Source: the human T2T-CHM13v2.0 reference genome, Homo sapiens
Length of the DNA: 64,000 bases
Strand: one strand, 5' to 3'
NCBI RefSeq assembly: GCF_009914755.1
Contig: NC_060948.1
Part shown: in pieces, positions 46,147 through 64,000 of the stretch
How positions within the stretch are numbered: the first letter of the stretch is position 1
Layout: each line of letters starts with the position of its first letter
The notes under the pieces: model-generated
Told to the model about the DNA's origin: nothing
Databases searched by the model: none
The model's input: the letters and a program-made list of their open reading frames with translations, nothing else
Position numbers and translations under genes: made by a program

Positions 46147-46616
46147 CAGACTCTCATTTATATTGTATAAAGCTTTCAGATAGTGTAGAAAGTTTATGGA
46201 ACCCAGCACACAGGTGGAATTGTGCATTCATATGCACATCCAGCCAACAGCAAAGATTTTCATTCTCCCACGGGAACGCGGCCCATTGATGAGGTTTTAT
46301 ATCTAACAGCCAAAAGTTTGCAGTCAAAAGGCAGTCAAAAGTTTAAAAACTTACTCTCATACATCATTCCAGTCCATGGTTAGGTTGGTCACCCTCAAAC
46401 AAAAATTCAGCACACTGTGTGTGCTGTGTGTGGCTGTGGCTCCCTGAAGGAGACAAAGTCTGCAGGAGAGGTTGAGGCTTTTATGGCCAGATTAAGTCCA
46501 CTATTGAGATTGTGACTAGTATACTTAGATCCAACATACAAGAAAATTCACCCTCATGCATGAAATCAAGACATTTGTGGGATCATTAGTACCATCACTT
46601 AAAGCCTCCTGCAGGT

Positions 46617-47942
46617 ACCATTGTGACATGCTTCTGTCTAGCACCTTAGTGATTTGAGTGTCCTGTGTGGGCTAAGCCCACAGATGGTTTTGCTTCAAAT
46701 CGCTGAGCCCAGCACTTCGGGGATGTGACTCTGTTTTTATTCGTTGGTATTGCCCACAAAGGACATTGTGACATACCACTGGGCTTACTCTTTAGTTGAT
46801 ATGAGTCTCCTCTCCTGCCTTGGTGCTCTTCACTGGTGGAATTTTGACATATCTCTGCATTCCACACCCAGATAATGTAAGTCTCCTGCCTGGTCTTGCC
46901 ACCATGGGCCACTGTGTCATATTGCTTGGTCCAGCTCTGAGACAATATAACCCTCCTGCCTGAACCCTGCATACAGAGGGCATTATGGCATAGCTCTGCA
47001 CCCATCACCCAGGTGATCTGACTGTCTTCTTCTGCCTAGGGGAAATTGTGACATATTTGGCCAAACACCTAGCTGATGTGACTTCTTCCTAGGTTCTGTT
47101 CTAAGGACAGACAGTGACATATCACTGGGCTCAACTGAAAGGTACCATTACTCTTGTTTCTGGAACCTATTCTCTGATTGCAATGTGACATATATGTGGG
47201 CTCAGCACCAAGGTAATGTCAATCTGATGCCTGGCCCTGCTTAGATGGGGCATTGTGACATATCCTGGGCCCATAAACTATTTGGCATAACTCTTTTCTC
47301 TTACTTGGCTTTCCCCATAGGAGAGATTGTTACATATCTCTTGGCCCAACACCTAGATAGATAATTCAACTCTCCTCTGTTGCTTAGTCCATGTCCACGG
47401 AAAGGACAATGAGTTGTCACTGGGACCTGCACACAGATGATGTGCTATGTCACCTGGTCCCTACTCACAGCGGTCATTGTCACTTATTGGTGTGGTCATT
47501 TCCTAGATGGTATGACTCTCATTTCCTTTTTAGGACTTGTTCACAGTGGGGATCATAACGTGTTGTTTGGCCTAGCCCCTAGGATATGTGACTGTCCGTT
47601 TCTTATTAAGCCCTGCCCACAGAGTACATAGTGACATATCTCTGAGCCTTCACCTAGGTGATGTGGCTCTCATGCCTGAGCCCTTTACTCAGGGAGTATT
47701 GTGACATATTGCCAACCCTAGCACATAGGTTATATGATTCTCATCTCATGCCTGGGCCACACCCATGTGGGAAAATGTGGCATAGAGCTGGGTCCAGCCC
47801 CTAAGATATGTGACTCTCCTCCTCTTTCTGGGTCCTATCCAGGGAGGACATTGTGTCATATCTGTAAGGAGTTTACCTAGGTAATGTGACCTATCTGCAT
47901 GGTCCCTCCACTCAGGGGATGTTGTGAGATATTGCTGGACCC
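46617..47942. repeat. Beta-satellite-like array (right-arm copy)
   Basis: attgtgacatat motifs about every 70 bp. Confidence 0.75.
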
Positions 47943-49521
47943 AGTGATGGCAGTGGTGGCCCATGTGGTGTTGTTTATGTGAAGGCACCAGCTTCATGAG
48001 GATGTATGGCAGGGGTTGCATGCTTCATGGAGCCAGTGAGAGCCAAGGATATGTGGGAACCTCACCTTTTACCAAGTTAGAGGGGTGGAAGTCCCATGCT
48101 CCTGGGCACAGCTGCAGCTGTCCAGCCACAGATCCAGATCCAGGAATCCAGGTACTCTTGAGGGATGAGGGTTTCCCTCTTTTTTCCTGCAGGTTCAGTA
48201 GGGCCTGCTCCCACTGTCTGGCATTTCTCCACTCCTGGTGTCTGCTCTGATTTTGGAGGAAAATTGTGGCTGCGGCTGGGTGCCATTATAACCTGGCCAA
48301 GTTTGCACACACAGGGTGGTGCTGACATGCTAGACTCTTGTAGCCTTAACACCCTCCAAACTTTGGGCACTGACAAGCATGAGAGAGAGTCCAGGGAGGC
48401 TAAGGGCAGCTTGGTGTGGGTCTACAAGCACCTGTTGGCATGAACAGCCTGCATGGCGGGAATGGTATGTTCATGATGGGAGGCAGACGGGTTACTGGGT
48501 GGAAAGGAGTGGATCTCCCGTGAAACTCCACCTTCAAACAAGGAACAGCCTGAAGTGGGGGGTTGGGCTTACTTATAAACTTTGGGTGGAGTCAGCAACC
48601 CAGAGTGAGAACTTATGATGCTTTTTCTGGGCCCACCCATGACCATCCATGGACCAGTCAGCATGCACTTTCTCCATGCTGAGCCCATAAAAACCCCAGA
48701 CTCCACCAGACTAGAACAGACATTGGGACAATATGCCCACCAAAAGGATATACATATTGTGGGTCTCCTCTCTGCTGAGAGCTGGACACCTGTCAGGATG
48801 ACCTGCCTGCTGAAAGAAACTATCCATTTCAGGTCTCTGGAGAGTTGTTCCATTACTCAGTGAATCTCCTCACTGCCTTGCTCACTCTCCAGTTATTCTC
48901 ATTACTTACTCTTCCTGGATGCAGGACAAGAACCTGGGACCCGCTGAGTGGTGGGATTAAAACGGCTGTAACATAAATGACTAAAACACATCCACTTCCA
49001 CTCACCATGTTGCAGGTAACAAGAAGGTGAGAAAATAGGTGGCCCTCTGGGAAGCCCAGACCAAGGGTCTTCACAAGCCAGGGCTGTAAAATCTCTTTGG
49101 CCTCTGTGGTTTCTGGCATCTCCAAGCTTTTGGTGGCCATGTTCCCCTTGTCTAAACGTGGGTGCCCACAGTGAAAGTTACATGCAGTATACATGTAACT
49201 ACATGTAAATACATGTAGCTACAGCCTTGCACAGAGCTGGCACATGTGCCAGCACCAGGAGCTGCCTGTCCTGCCACAGCAGGACCCCATGTGTGCTCAC
49301 TTACATATCCCTTGCCACTTCATGGCTGGATTGATGTAGCAGGTGTGGAATCTGGGCCAGCAGTGCAACTTAAGCACAGCCTGCTGGGCTTAATGGGCAG
49401 AACAAGCCAAGTGGCATGAGTGATACTCAGGCAGAAGGTACCTGAGTGATACTCAGGCAGAAGGTACCACCAGTCACGGAGATTTCTAGATGATAAAGCA
49501 ACACTCCAAAAATCCTTTGGC
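47943..49521 (+). mobile_element. MER52-family 5' LTR
   Basis: Mirror of 4676-6254; followed by a gag-bearing internal region. Confidence 0.7.
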
Positions 49522-49974
49522 AGACTCATCTGGGATTTGTAGAATGGCAAATAAAAGCAAACTTGTTGCTTTCTGTCCTAAACATCACAATAGCCAAAAA
49601 TAAAAGAAAAATACAGGTCCTCTGTTTGTCAGTTAAAAGCAACTGGCAAAGCTGCCTGACTTAAGACAGGGAGGACAGGCTTGCTGAGGAAAACACTGTT
49701 AATCCCCCATAACCCTCAGGTGTTGGGAATGTTGGCTTTTTTCTCTTTTTTTCAAATCAGTTTACCTTTACAGAGTTCTAGCCATTGTGTGGAATCAGAA
49801 TAAGGTATTAGGGCAACTGAATACATCTGGCCAAGGCCATACCTTGACTGACTCCAGTAAACAGCCCCTCAATGTGTTGATACAATGTGTTGGCCCTCCC
49901 CAGAGGGTCACAGCCCTTCTCACCTTCTTGTTGCCTTCAGCCTTTTTTATTAACCTCCCTCCCACCCTCCATTT

Positions 49975-50088
49975 TCTTCCTTCCCTCCTTCCTTCCTTCC
50001 TTCCTTCCTTCCTTCCTTCTTCCTTCCTTCCTTCCTTCCTTCCTTCCTACCTTCTTCCTTCCTTCCTTCCTTCGTTCTTTCCTTCCTT
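49975..50088 (+). repeat. (TTCC)n microsatellite
   Basis: Direct reading. Confidence 0.97.
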
Positions 50089-52569
50089 GACTGCTGTGGC
50101 TGTGATTTTCTTCTCTACCTACAATCTTAAGAATGTTGTTGCAAACCACAGGTACATTACCCGATAGAATGAGAATTTGGTTTAGTCATCAGGAGTAGAA
50201 AATGGAAGGTTAAGAGTAGCACAGATTAAAAAAAGTGTTTCTTGGTATTTATACATAAGTTTGTGGTGAAAACTTTCTTGTCATTTCCTTGGTTGTCAAA
50301 TTTTTCCAAGCACCTTCAGACACAGATAAGAAGCATGGCCTCAAGAAAAAAGCATTAATTTCAATACCATCCTGCAGCTATATTGCCAAGCACCTTCAGG
50401 CACAGAAAAGAAGTAAGACCTCAGGAAAAAAGCATTAATTTAAATACCATCCTGAAGCTGGACTTTCTCTGTAAATGTGAAGGCAAATGGTCCAAGATCC
50501 CATACGTGCAGACTTTCTTTACCTTGCAGGGTTATCTAGACCTTTGCCAACATTGTAGGATTAATTTGGCCCTCCTGGTGGCCACATCAGGAGAGGCTGC
50601 AAGGGAAAAATTCAGGGACTTAGGGAAGCAAACCCAAGAGGTACCTTCAGTGGGGTAGTCAACTCTCTCCATTCCTTCCTATTCAGGTTTTCTCTCAAAT
50701 TTGTTCCATTCTAGAAATTCTCATTTTAGGCAGGTCTTTGTCTTCTGTCCCTACAACAGATGTCTGGTGAATATGGACCCACTAAAATCAAGGTCTCCTT
50801 TACTCTATATGACTTAAGGCAAATTAGGTGTGAACTCAACAAGTTTTCAGATGACCTTGACAGGTATATGGAAGCCTTCCAGAATTTAATCTAAGTATTT
50901 GAACTCTCCTGGAAAGAATGTTATATTACCTTTTAATCAAATACTGACTGCTGCTAAAAAGGGGGCTGCCTTGGAAGAGCACCCCTGCAGTTAAGTGCTT
51001 TTTTCCTCCACCATGTCAGGATTCAACGTAGTTTTTCCATGTGAGGGTACAGGTGGGTTTTTTTTGGCAGTTCCCCAATTTCAAAACTTCTTTTCTCTCC
51101 CTAGGAACTGTCATGTGTAATTCTGAGTTATGAAACTGTCACAATTTGATTAACTGTCTTTGTTCTGTTTCTGTATGCTTGCTTTCATGCCACTGTAAGC
51201 CTACTGCAAGCTAGCCCACACCCCCTTTTAAAATGTATGTAAAAGTCAAGTGCTGTCTTTGTTCTGGGCCCAGTGTTTGGATGTTAAGTCCACTGCATCT
51301 GAGTGCACTCATTAATCCTCCTGCTTTTACCTCAAAGTAAAGATCTCCCTGGTCCCTCTTGTTCCACGAAAGTGGCCCGAGGCCTACACCATCATCTGCC
51401 TCTGGGTCACTCAGATTCAGCTTTGCCTTTTAGGTTTTCAAACCAAAGTTTTGGACAAAAGGGTGCCACATGAGGGTGTTTTTCATAGAACTCCAGAACC
51501 CCAGAAATTAAAAGGAGAAGATTCCTCTCAAAATCAGCTTTTGTTTCTTGGAGAGATCCACCCTGTAACCAGTAGTCCATTCAGGAGATTGGCAATAAAA
51601 AAAAGGTCTTGCAATGACTGTATTATCTCTTGTCTGTTTGTGTAGTTATATGTGTGTTCTATGTATAATGTTTATATTAAAATGAGTTTTAATTGATTGG
51701 CTTAAGGAGAAAATAATAACCTAAATAAAATATTTTTAAAGAAAATAAAGCTATAATGCTTTTAGCTCATATGACTTTGATCTTTGAATTTAAGATTATC
51801 GGTAAAATAAGAATGTCTCATAATGTGCACATGTGGTATAAATTATGCAGGTCAGAAACTAGGTTTGCTAAGTGCTTTGAGGTCAAAGGGGCTTCTTTGT
51901 CTTTTGAAAATTTTTAACTTGTTTTCTTTACAGTTTGGGTAAGGCCTGGGGACATATGAAGTTAACAACACCCTAACTATGCTGGAAATAGTCTGGCCTT
52001 ATCTGCATCTACTACATACTTAAAGTAACTTATCAGGTTTTACATCAAAATTAAAAATTGCTAAGAGTTACCATTATAACATATAACTGAGACTACTGAA
52101 AGTAAATTTACATGCAATGTGTACAAGGAAAGTAAATATGTTTTTAGTAAAACATTATAAGATGGCATGGGAATATAAATTTTTGCCTAGTTTGAAGCTA
52201 AAGGATTATGTTAAATTAGATAAGATAAAGCAAAAGTGAAAACAAGTAGTGGATGGCTTGTAAAACTTAATCTTGTAAAATAAATTATGTGTATAAACAT
52301 ACTGACTAAATTCAAAAAGATATTATTTGGTTTTCCCATACATTGAACATTGGAAGCCAAGCATTTCTTATTGCACTGATCTGCTTTTTAACGAATATTT
52401 CTACAGGTTTATAAAAGGCTTGTAAGAATTTCACCTCACTGTCAAACGGATAAAAATTGAATACATTTGCATATAACGTTTCATTTAAAAAAATGGGATG
52501 ACATGAATAATAGACTAATGGATGGATAAAATTTTGTTCTCTCTCAGCAATATTTTCATGTAATGTTAA

Positions 52570-52866
52570 CACCTGTAATCCCAACACTTTGGGAGGCCGA
52601 GGTGGGCAGATCACCTGAGGTTGGGAGTCTGAGACCAGTCTGGCCAATATGGTGAAACCTCATCTCTAATGAAAGTACAAAAATTAGCCAGGCATGGCGG
52701 TGGTCACCTGTAGTCTCAGCTACTCAGGAGGCTGAGGCAGGAGAATTGCTTGAACCCAGGAAGTGAAGATTACAGTGAGCCAAGATCATGCCACTGCACT
52801 CCAGCCTGGGTGACAGAGAGAGATCCTGTCTCAAAAATAAATAAGTAAATAAATATATAAATAATA
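52570..52866 (+). mobile_element. Alu (right-arm copy)
   Basis: Mirror of 1318-1614. Confidence 0.95.
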
Positions 52867-52995
52867 AAAAATTTTTGTTTGCTTTGTGAACAGACTATCA
52901 AGAAGTGAAGAAAAAAACAAGAGACAGATCATTTGGAAAGCTCACTCTTCCCTTTAATAAGTAAAGGGTTTTGTCTTTTAAAAAAAACTGAGCCA

Positions 52996-59005
<6,010 letters not shown>

Positions 59006-60142
59006 AAAAAAACCTGAGCCATTATTTTGGTTAAATAAATGACACATGAAAACCTGGAATTTTATTTCATAAGATAAAGTGTTTTAAAACTTTAACATAC
59101 TTGATAGGCTTCCCAAAATCAAATTTTAGCTTCAAAATTCTTTCTGATCCCTAACATTAGAATTCTATGGAGGGCCCCTGGAGCATCCAAAATTAAGGTA
59201 AGCAAGGTTATTATTTGACATGTTCAGTTACTTAGGATTGTCAAACTAAAAATAAAGCTTAATCCTTTCCAGGTTATATTTTAGTTAACAGTGTTAACAC
59301 ATATTTTTAAATCATGTGAGTCTTCCAGAATTCAAATGCTTAAGTATATTTTATTAATCATAATTAGGGTTACTATGGTAAGTTATAAATCACAGAAATG
59401 ACCAAATTTATTTGTCAGTTATGTTTTTTAATGTGAATATCCTAAAACATTCTGTCACTTACCGAAAATTGTTGCCTTGTTTTGATCCTCTAGAAAATAG
59501 AATTAATAATCAGCTACAGGACTTTGACAGGAACTTGTGATTTGTTTTTCTCTGTATTTTAGACTAACTCTCTTTATTCTGAGAGCCAGTCAGTGATCTC
59601 TGACTGCAGCTCAGAACAGACAAAAGGGACGGGTAATATAAAAATGTAGATCAATATTCTAATTCTGGGCAATTATCTTACAAATCCTGCCAGGTGATGG
59701 GGGTAAATTGGATGCCCATAACCTAAAGGTTTTGTTTTTCTTTTTCTTTTTTTTTTTCCTGGGAAAATAAGGCCACAGAAGCAAACCAGGGGCAACCCAA
59801 ATTCACTCAAATTTTAGCAGGCATTAATGTAGCCACTGGTTATCTGAGTACATTGGTAGCCTCAGAATTTTTGAGCTGGTATTATCCCCTTGTTTCCTTT
59901 TGATCTACGTCTTTTAACGGTCTTTTTTTTTTTTCTCACCTTCAGGCCATCAAATCTCAAATGGTAATGCTAAGAGAGCCACAAATGATGGCTCCCTCTT
60001 ACTGGGTACCCTTATATAGGCCTTGTGAGAAGATCTGGCTGCCACTTTTTCCAAAACAGTGCCCCCTGTCAGCATGAAGCAGTTATTAGCACATATAATC
60101 ACTATTCTAATGGCAGTTAGATGTATCTCTTCACAGGGGGAA

Positions 60143-61423
60143 TCAACGACAGCATCCTGTCTGGAGTGGCCACTGTGAAGACTCTAGCAGAAGTGGGAGA
60201 GACACGGCTTGGGTTGCACGCCTTGTGGAGCTAGCAGAAACCAGGAACGAGTGGAAGCCCTGCCTCCTACCGAGTTGGTGGGATGGGAGCTCCATGCTCC
60301 CAGATGCAGCTGCAGCTGCCAACCATGGTTTTAGATCTACGCATCTCTGCACTTTTGGGGCCGCAGACAGCCCATTCTCCTCCCACAGGCTTAAAAGGGC
60401 CTTCTCCCACTCTCTGGCCTCTCCACACTTTTGGTTCCTGATCCAGTTTGAGAGCAAAGTTGTGGTCAAGGTCAGGAACTGCTGTAACCTGGCCAGGTGT
60501 GTGCTCAGGGAAGCACTGACACCCAGAACTCTGCCACTTTGGCCCCCTCCAGTCTCAGAGTCCCAATAAGTGCAGGAGGGGGGCTGGTGGGGAGTGAGGG
60601 CAGATTGGCATAAGCCTGAAGGTGTCCCAGAACATGAACATCCTGGGACACGTTGATGGTGGGAGGCAGGCAGGCTCCTGGGAAGAAAGCAGTGAGTCCC
60701 TGGTGAAACCCCACCTTCAAGCCAGGAATGATCTGAAGTGAAACCTGGGAATTGATTGGTTAACTCCAGGTACAGACCACAACCTGAATTAAGAAATTAT
60801 GTTGCCTTTTCTTGGTTTACAGATGGCTGCCTATACACAAATCAACATGCACTTTCTCCTTTCTGAGCCCATAAACACCCCAGACTCAAACAGACACTGG
60901 GATAACCTGCCTGTGGGAAGCAGCTATCCACTGCAGGCCTCCTCTCCATTGAGACACGGACAGTCATCAGAATGATCTGCTTGTGGAAAACCATCCACTT
61001 TGGGTCTCCTGAGAGCTGTTCTGTCACTCAATGAAGGCAGACCAGGAGTGTCTGCCTTTCTCATCCTCCAGTTGTCCATGTACCCATGGGGGCAAGAACC
61101 TGCATTCTTCCTGGATGTAGGACAAGAATTGAGACCTGTTAAATGGGGGGACTAAAAAAGCTGCAACACAACTAGGGCTGAAACACGCACCCTTGCTTGC
61201 TATGTTGCAGGCAATAAGGAGAGAAGAGCTGTGGTCTTCTGCAGAGCTGGGACCTAGGGCTTCCTCAAGTCAGGGCTGTGACACCCTATTTGGGACTCTG
61301 GTTTCTGGCATCTCCAAGCTCTTGGGAACCACCACCACATTTCCATCGTCCAGATGTGGGTGCCTGCAGCAGAAACTGTGTGTGGTACATTTTGTCTAGC
61401 TACAACATCAGACAGAGCTGGCA
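60143..61423 (+). mobile_element. MER52-family 3' LTR (3'-truncated)
   Basis: Shares gtgaaaccccaccttcaa, gagcccataaacaccccagactc and cttcctggatgtaggacaagaa motifs with 47943-49521. Confidence 0.68.
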
Positions 61424-61929
61424 TATTATATATGCATATATATATGAATATTATATATATATATAAGATATGGCATATTATATTGTATGTATAATATAAT
61501 ATAAAGCCCTCAGATGGTACAGAGAACGTCCTAAAAGGGGCCCACACACAGATAAAATTCTGATTGTCATATGCACAGCCAGCCTTCATTTAAAATTGTC
61601 ATCCTTCCACAGGAACACAGCCCACTGTGGAAATTATGAATCTTACAACTGTAGTCAATCAGAAGTTGGAAAATTGACTGTTGTAGGTGGAGCTGGGCCT
61701 CAGGTGGATTGGTGACTCTCAGACCTTCATTAAGTGCACCTGGAATGCTGTGAATCCATTAGGTGGACACAGTCCCCAAGATGGATTTAAGCTCTTATGC
61801 ATTGATCAAGTCCACTATTGAGAAAGTGACATGTATGCTTGAACCCAATACAGGAAGTCTTGACTCTCAGACCTACAACCTGGACACATGTGAAATTGAT
61901 TGTTAATCTGATTTCTGAACCTACTGGCA

Positions 61930-62077
61930 GGTGTGATTGTGACATACGCATCTGCCCAGCATGTGTTTTGACTATTTTTTCTGTGCCAAGCCTACATATA
62001 ATATTTTGACATATCAGTGGACTTAGTACTTAGATTACATTTCTTTCTTTCTTTCTTCTCTTTCTTTCTTTCTTTCT

Positions 62078-62144
<67 letters not shown>

Positions 62145-63191
62145 GCTTTGGCATCCCTCAAGGTGCATTAGAACATATCACTGGGTCAAACACCCAGGTG
62201 ACGTAACACTTCTGTCTTAACCCTGCCTACAGGACCCATTGTGACATTCCTCTATACCTATCAAACAAGTTAGGTGACTCTCCTCTTCTGCTGGGTCTCT
62301 GCTCAAACGGGGCAGTGTGACATATCATTGGATCCAGCACCTAGCTGTTGTGACTAATTTTTTTATTGTTCCATCACGGGAGAGACTGTGAAATATCACT
62401 AGTCTAAACACCAAAATGGCACTATTCTTTTGCCTTGGTCCTAAATTCTAAAGACATTGCAACATATTGCTAAACCCAGTACTAAGTGGATATAAGTCTC
62501 CTGTCTGAAACCTGCCCACAGGGGGCATTAAAACACATCTTTAGGCCTATCAACTCTTTCATGTGAATCTTCTTTCTTACCTCAACTTTGCCCATATGGG
62601 AGATTGTAATATATCTCTGGGTCCATCAACTTTTTATGTGACTCTTCTGTCTCGTGTTCTCCCTGCCCACAGGGATTATTGTGACATATATCCAGGCCCA
62701 TCACCTGATTATGTCTCTCCTCCTTTTGCTGGGATTTACCCACAGTTGGGATTGTAACATATAACTTATCTAAACACCTACCCACTGTGGTGATTCTGAG
62801 ACATAACTTGGTTCAGCCATGAAGTTATGTGACTCTCCTCCTCTTTCTGAGTCCTTTGCATGGCAAGCATTGTGATAAATTTCTGAGTCCTTCATGTAAA
62901 TTTTGTTAATCTTCTCTCTGGGCCCTTCTCTCAGGGATGGTTGCAATATATTGCTGCACCCAGCAATTAGTTCATGTGACTCTTCTCTATTGCTTAACCT
63001 TCCCATAAAAGGGATTGTGGCCTATCACTGGGTCCAATGCCTAGTTGGTGCAATTGCCTTCATCTGCCCTGCCCACAGCGGTATTATGACATATCATTTT
63101 GTTCCTCACCTAGGTGATGTGACTCTCTACTGCATAAACCCTGCCAAACAGGGAGGTTGTAACATATCACTAGACCCAGAACTTAAGTGAC
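61930..63191. repeat. Beta-satellite-like array (resumes at 63732-63925)
   Basis: attgtgacatatc / gatgtgactct motifs. Confidence 0.72.
62040..62143 (+). repeat. (TTTC)n microsatellite
   Basis: Direct reading. Confidence 0.97.
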
Positions 63192-63731
63192 AGTATTAGC
63201 GTTCTCTAAAAGGTCAGAACCAACAAGATAGATGTGTATATGAAGGGGAGTTTGTTAGGAGTATTGGCTCACACAGTCACAAGGGGAAGTCTCACAATAG
63301 GCCGTCTGCAAGCTAAGCAGCAGGAAAGCCAGTCCAAGTCACAGAACCTCAAAAGTAGGGAAGCTAACAGTGCAGCCTTCAGTCTGTGGCTAAAGGCCTG
63401 AGAGCCTCTAGCAAACCAGTAATTTAATTCCAGGAGTTGAAAGTCTGAAGAACTTGGAGTCTGATGTTCAGGCAGGAAGCATCCAAGAAGAGAGAAAGGC
63501 AAAGACTGGAAGACTCAACAAGCCAAATCCTTCTAACTTCTGCCTGCTTTTATTCTAGTCATGCTGGCAGCTGATTAGATGGTGTCCACCCAGATTGAGG
63601 ATAGGTCTGCCTCTTCCAGTGCACTGACTCAAATACTAATCTCATTTGGCAACGCCTTCACAGAAACACCCAGGATCAATACTTTTCACCCCTCAATTCA
63701 ATCATATTGACATTCAGTATTAACCATCACA
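63192..63731. mobile_element. MLT2 (ERVL) solo LTR, MLT2A-like
   Basis: gtattagcgttctcta...cagtattaaccatcaca termini; 5-bp TSD gtgac. Confidence 0.85.
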
Positions 63732-63925
63732 GTGACATAACTCTCTTTTTATCCTGCGTCCCATATTTTGATTATTTTGACATGTTTCTGAGCCAATCTC
63801 CTAGAAGATAAAAGACTCTGCCTTGGCCATGCCACAGAGGGTCTTGTGATGTATCCCTGTACCCATCTACCCAGCACCTGACTGATACAACTCTACTGTC
63901 TGGGCTTAGCCCACATATGACATTC

Positions 63926-64000
63926 CTTTATTTTCCTTTTTTTTCTTTTTTGAGATGGAGTCTCACTCTGTCTCCAAGCTGGAGTGCAGTGGTGTGGTCT
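63926..64000 (-). mobile_element. Alu 3' end (cut by the window edge)
   Basis: T-rich tail then tgagatggagtctcactctg...ggagtgcagtgg. Confidence 0.9.

Overview
This is primate (hominid-type) non-genic DNA made almost entirely of retroelements and satellite-like arrays; no intact host protein-coding gene is supported. The dominant structure is the centre of a large palindrome. Bases 1-10955 are a near-perfect reverse complement of 43253-54183 (I saw only three simple-repeat length differences and one substitution), around a 32.3-kb spacer. The inner boundary falls exactly on the TG terminus of an LTR6-like solo LTR. Each arm carries an L1PA2/3-type L1, a MER52-like ERV1 provirus, a beta-satellite-like array, Alus and a betaretroviral (HML) pro-pol fragment. 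The spacer holds four main things: a full-length L1 sharing a ~1.2-kb near-identical tract with the arm L1, a diverged ~176-bp AT-rich tandem array, an env-containing HERV-H with an antisense solo LTR7 nested in env, and a twin-primed L1 followed by an ERV9/LTR12 provirus nested in the HML gag. A sex-chromosome (Y-like ampliconic) origin is plausible but is inference. Family names come from recognition of sequence motifs, not from a database search.
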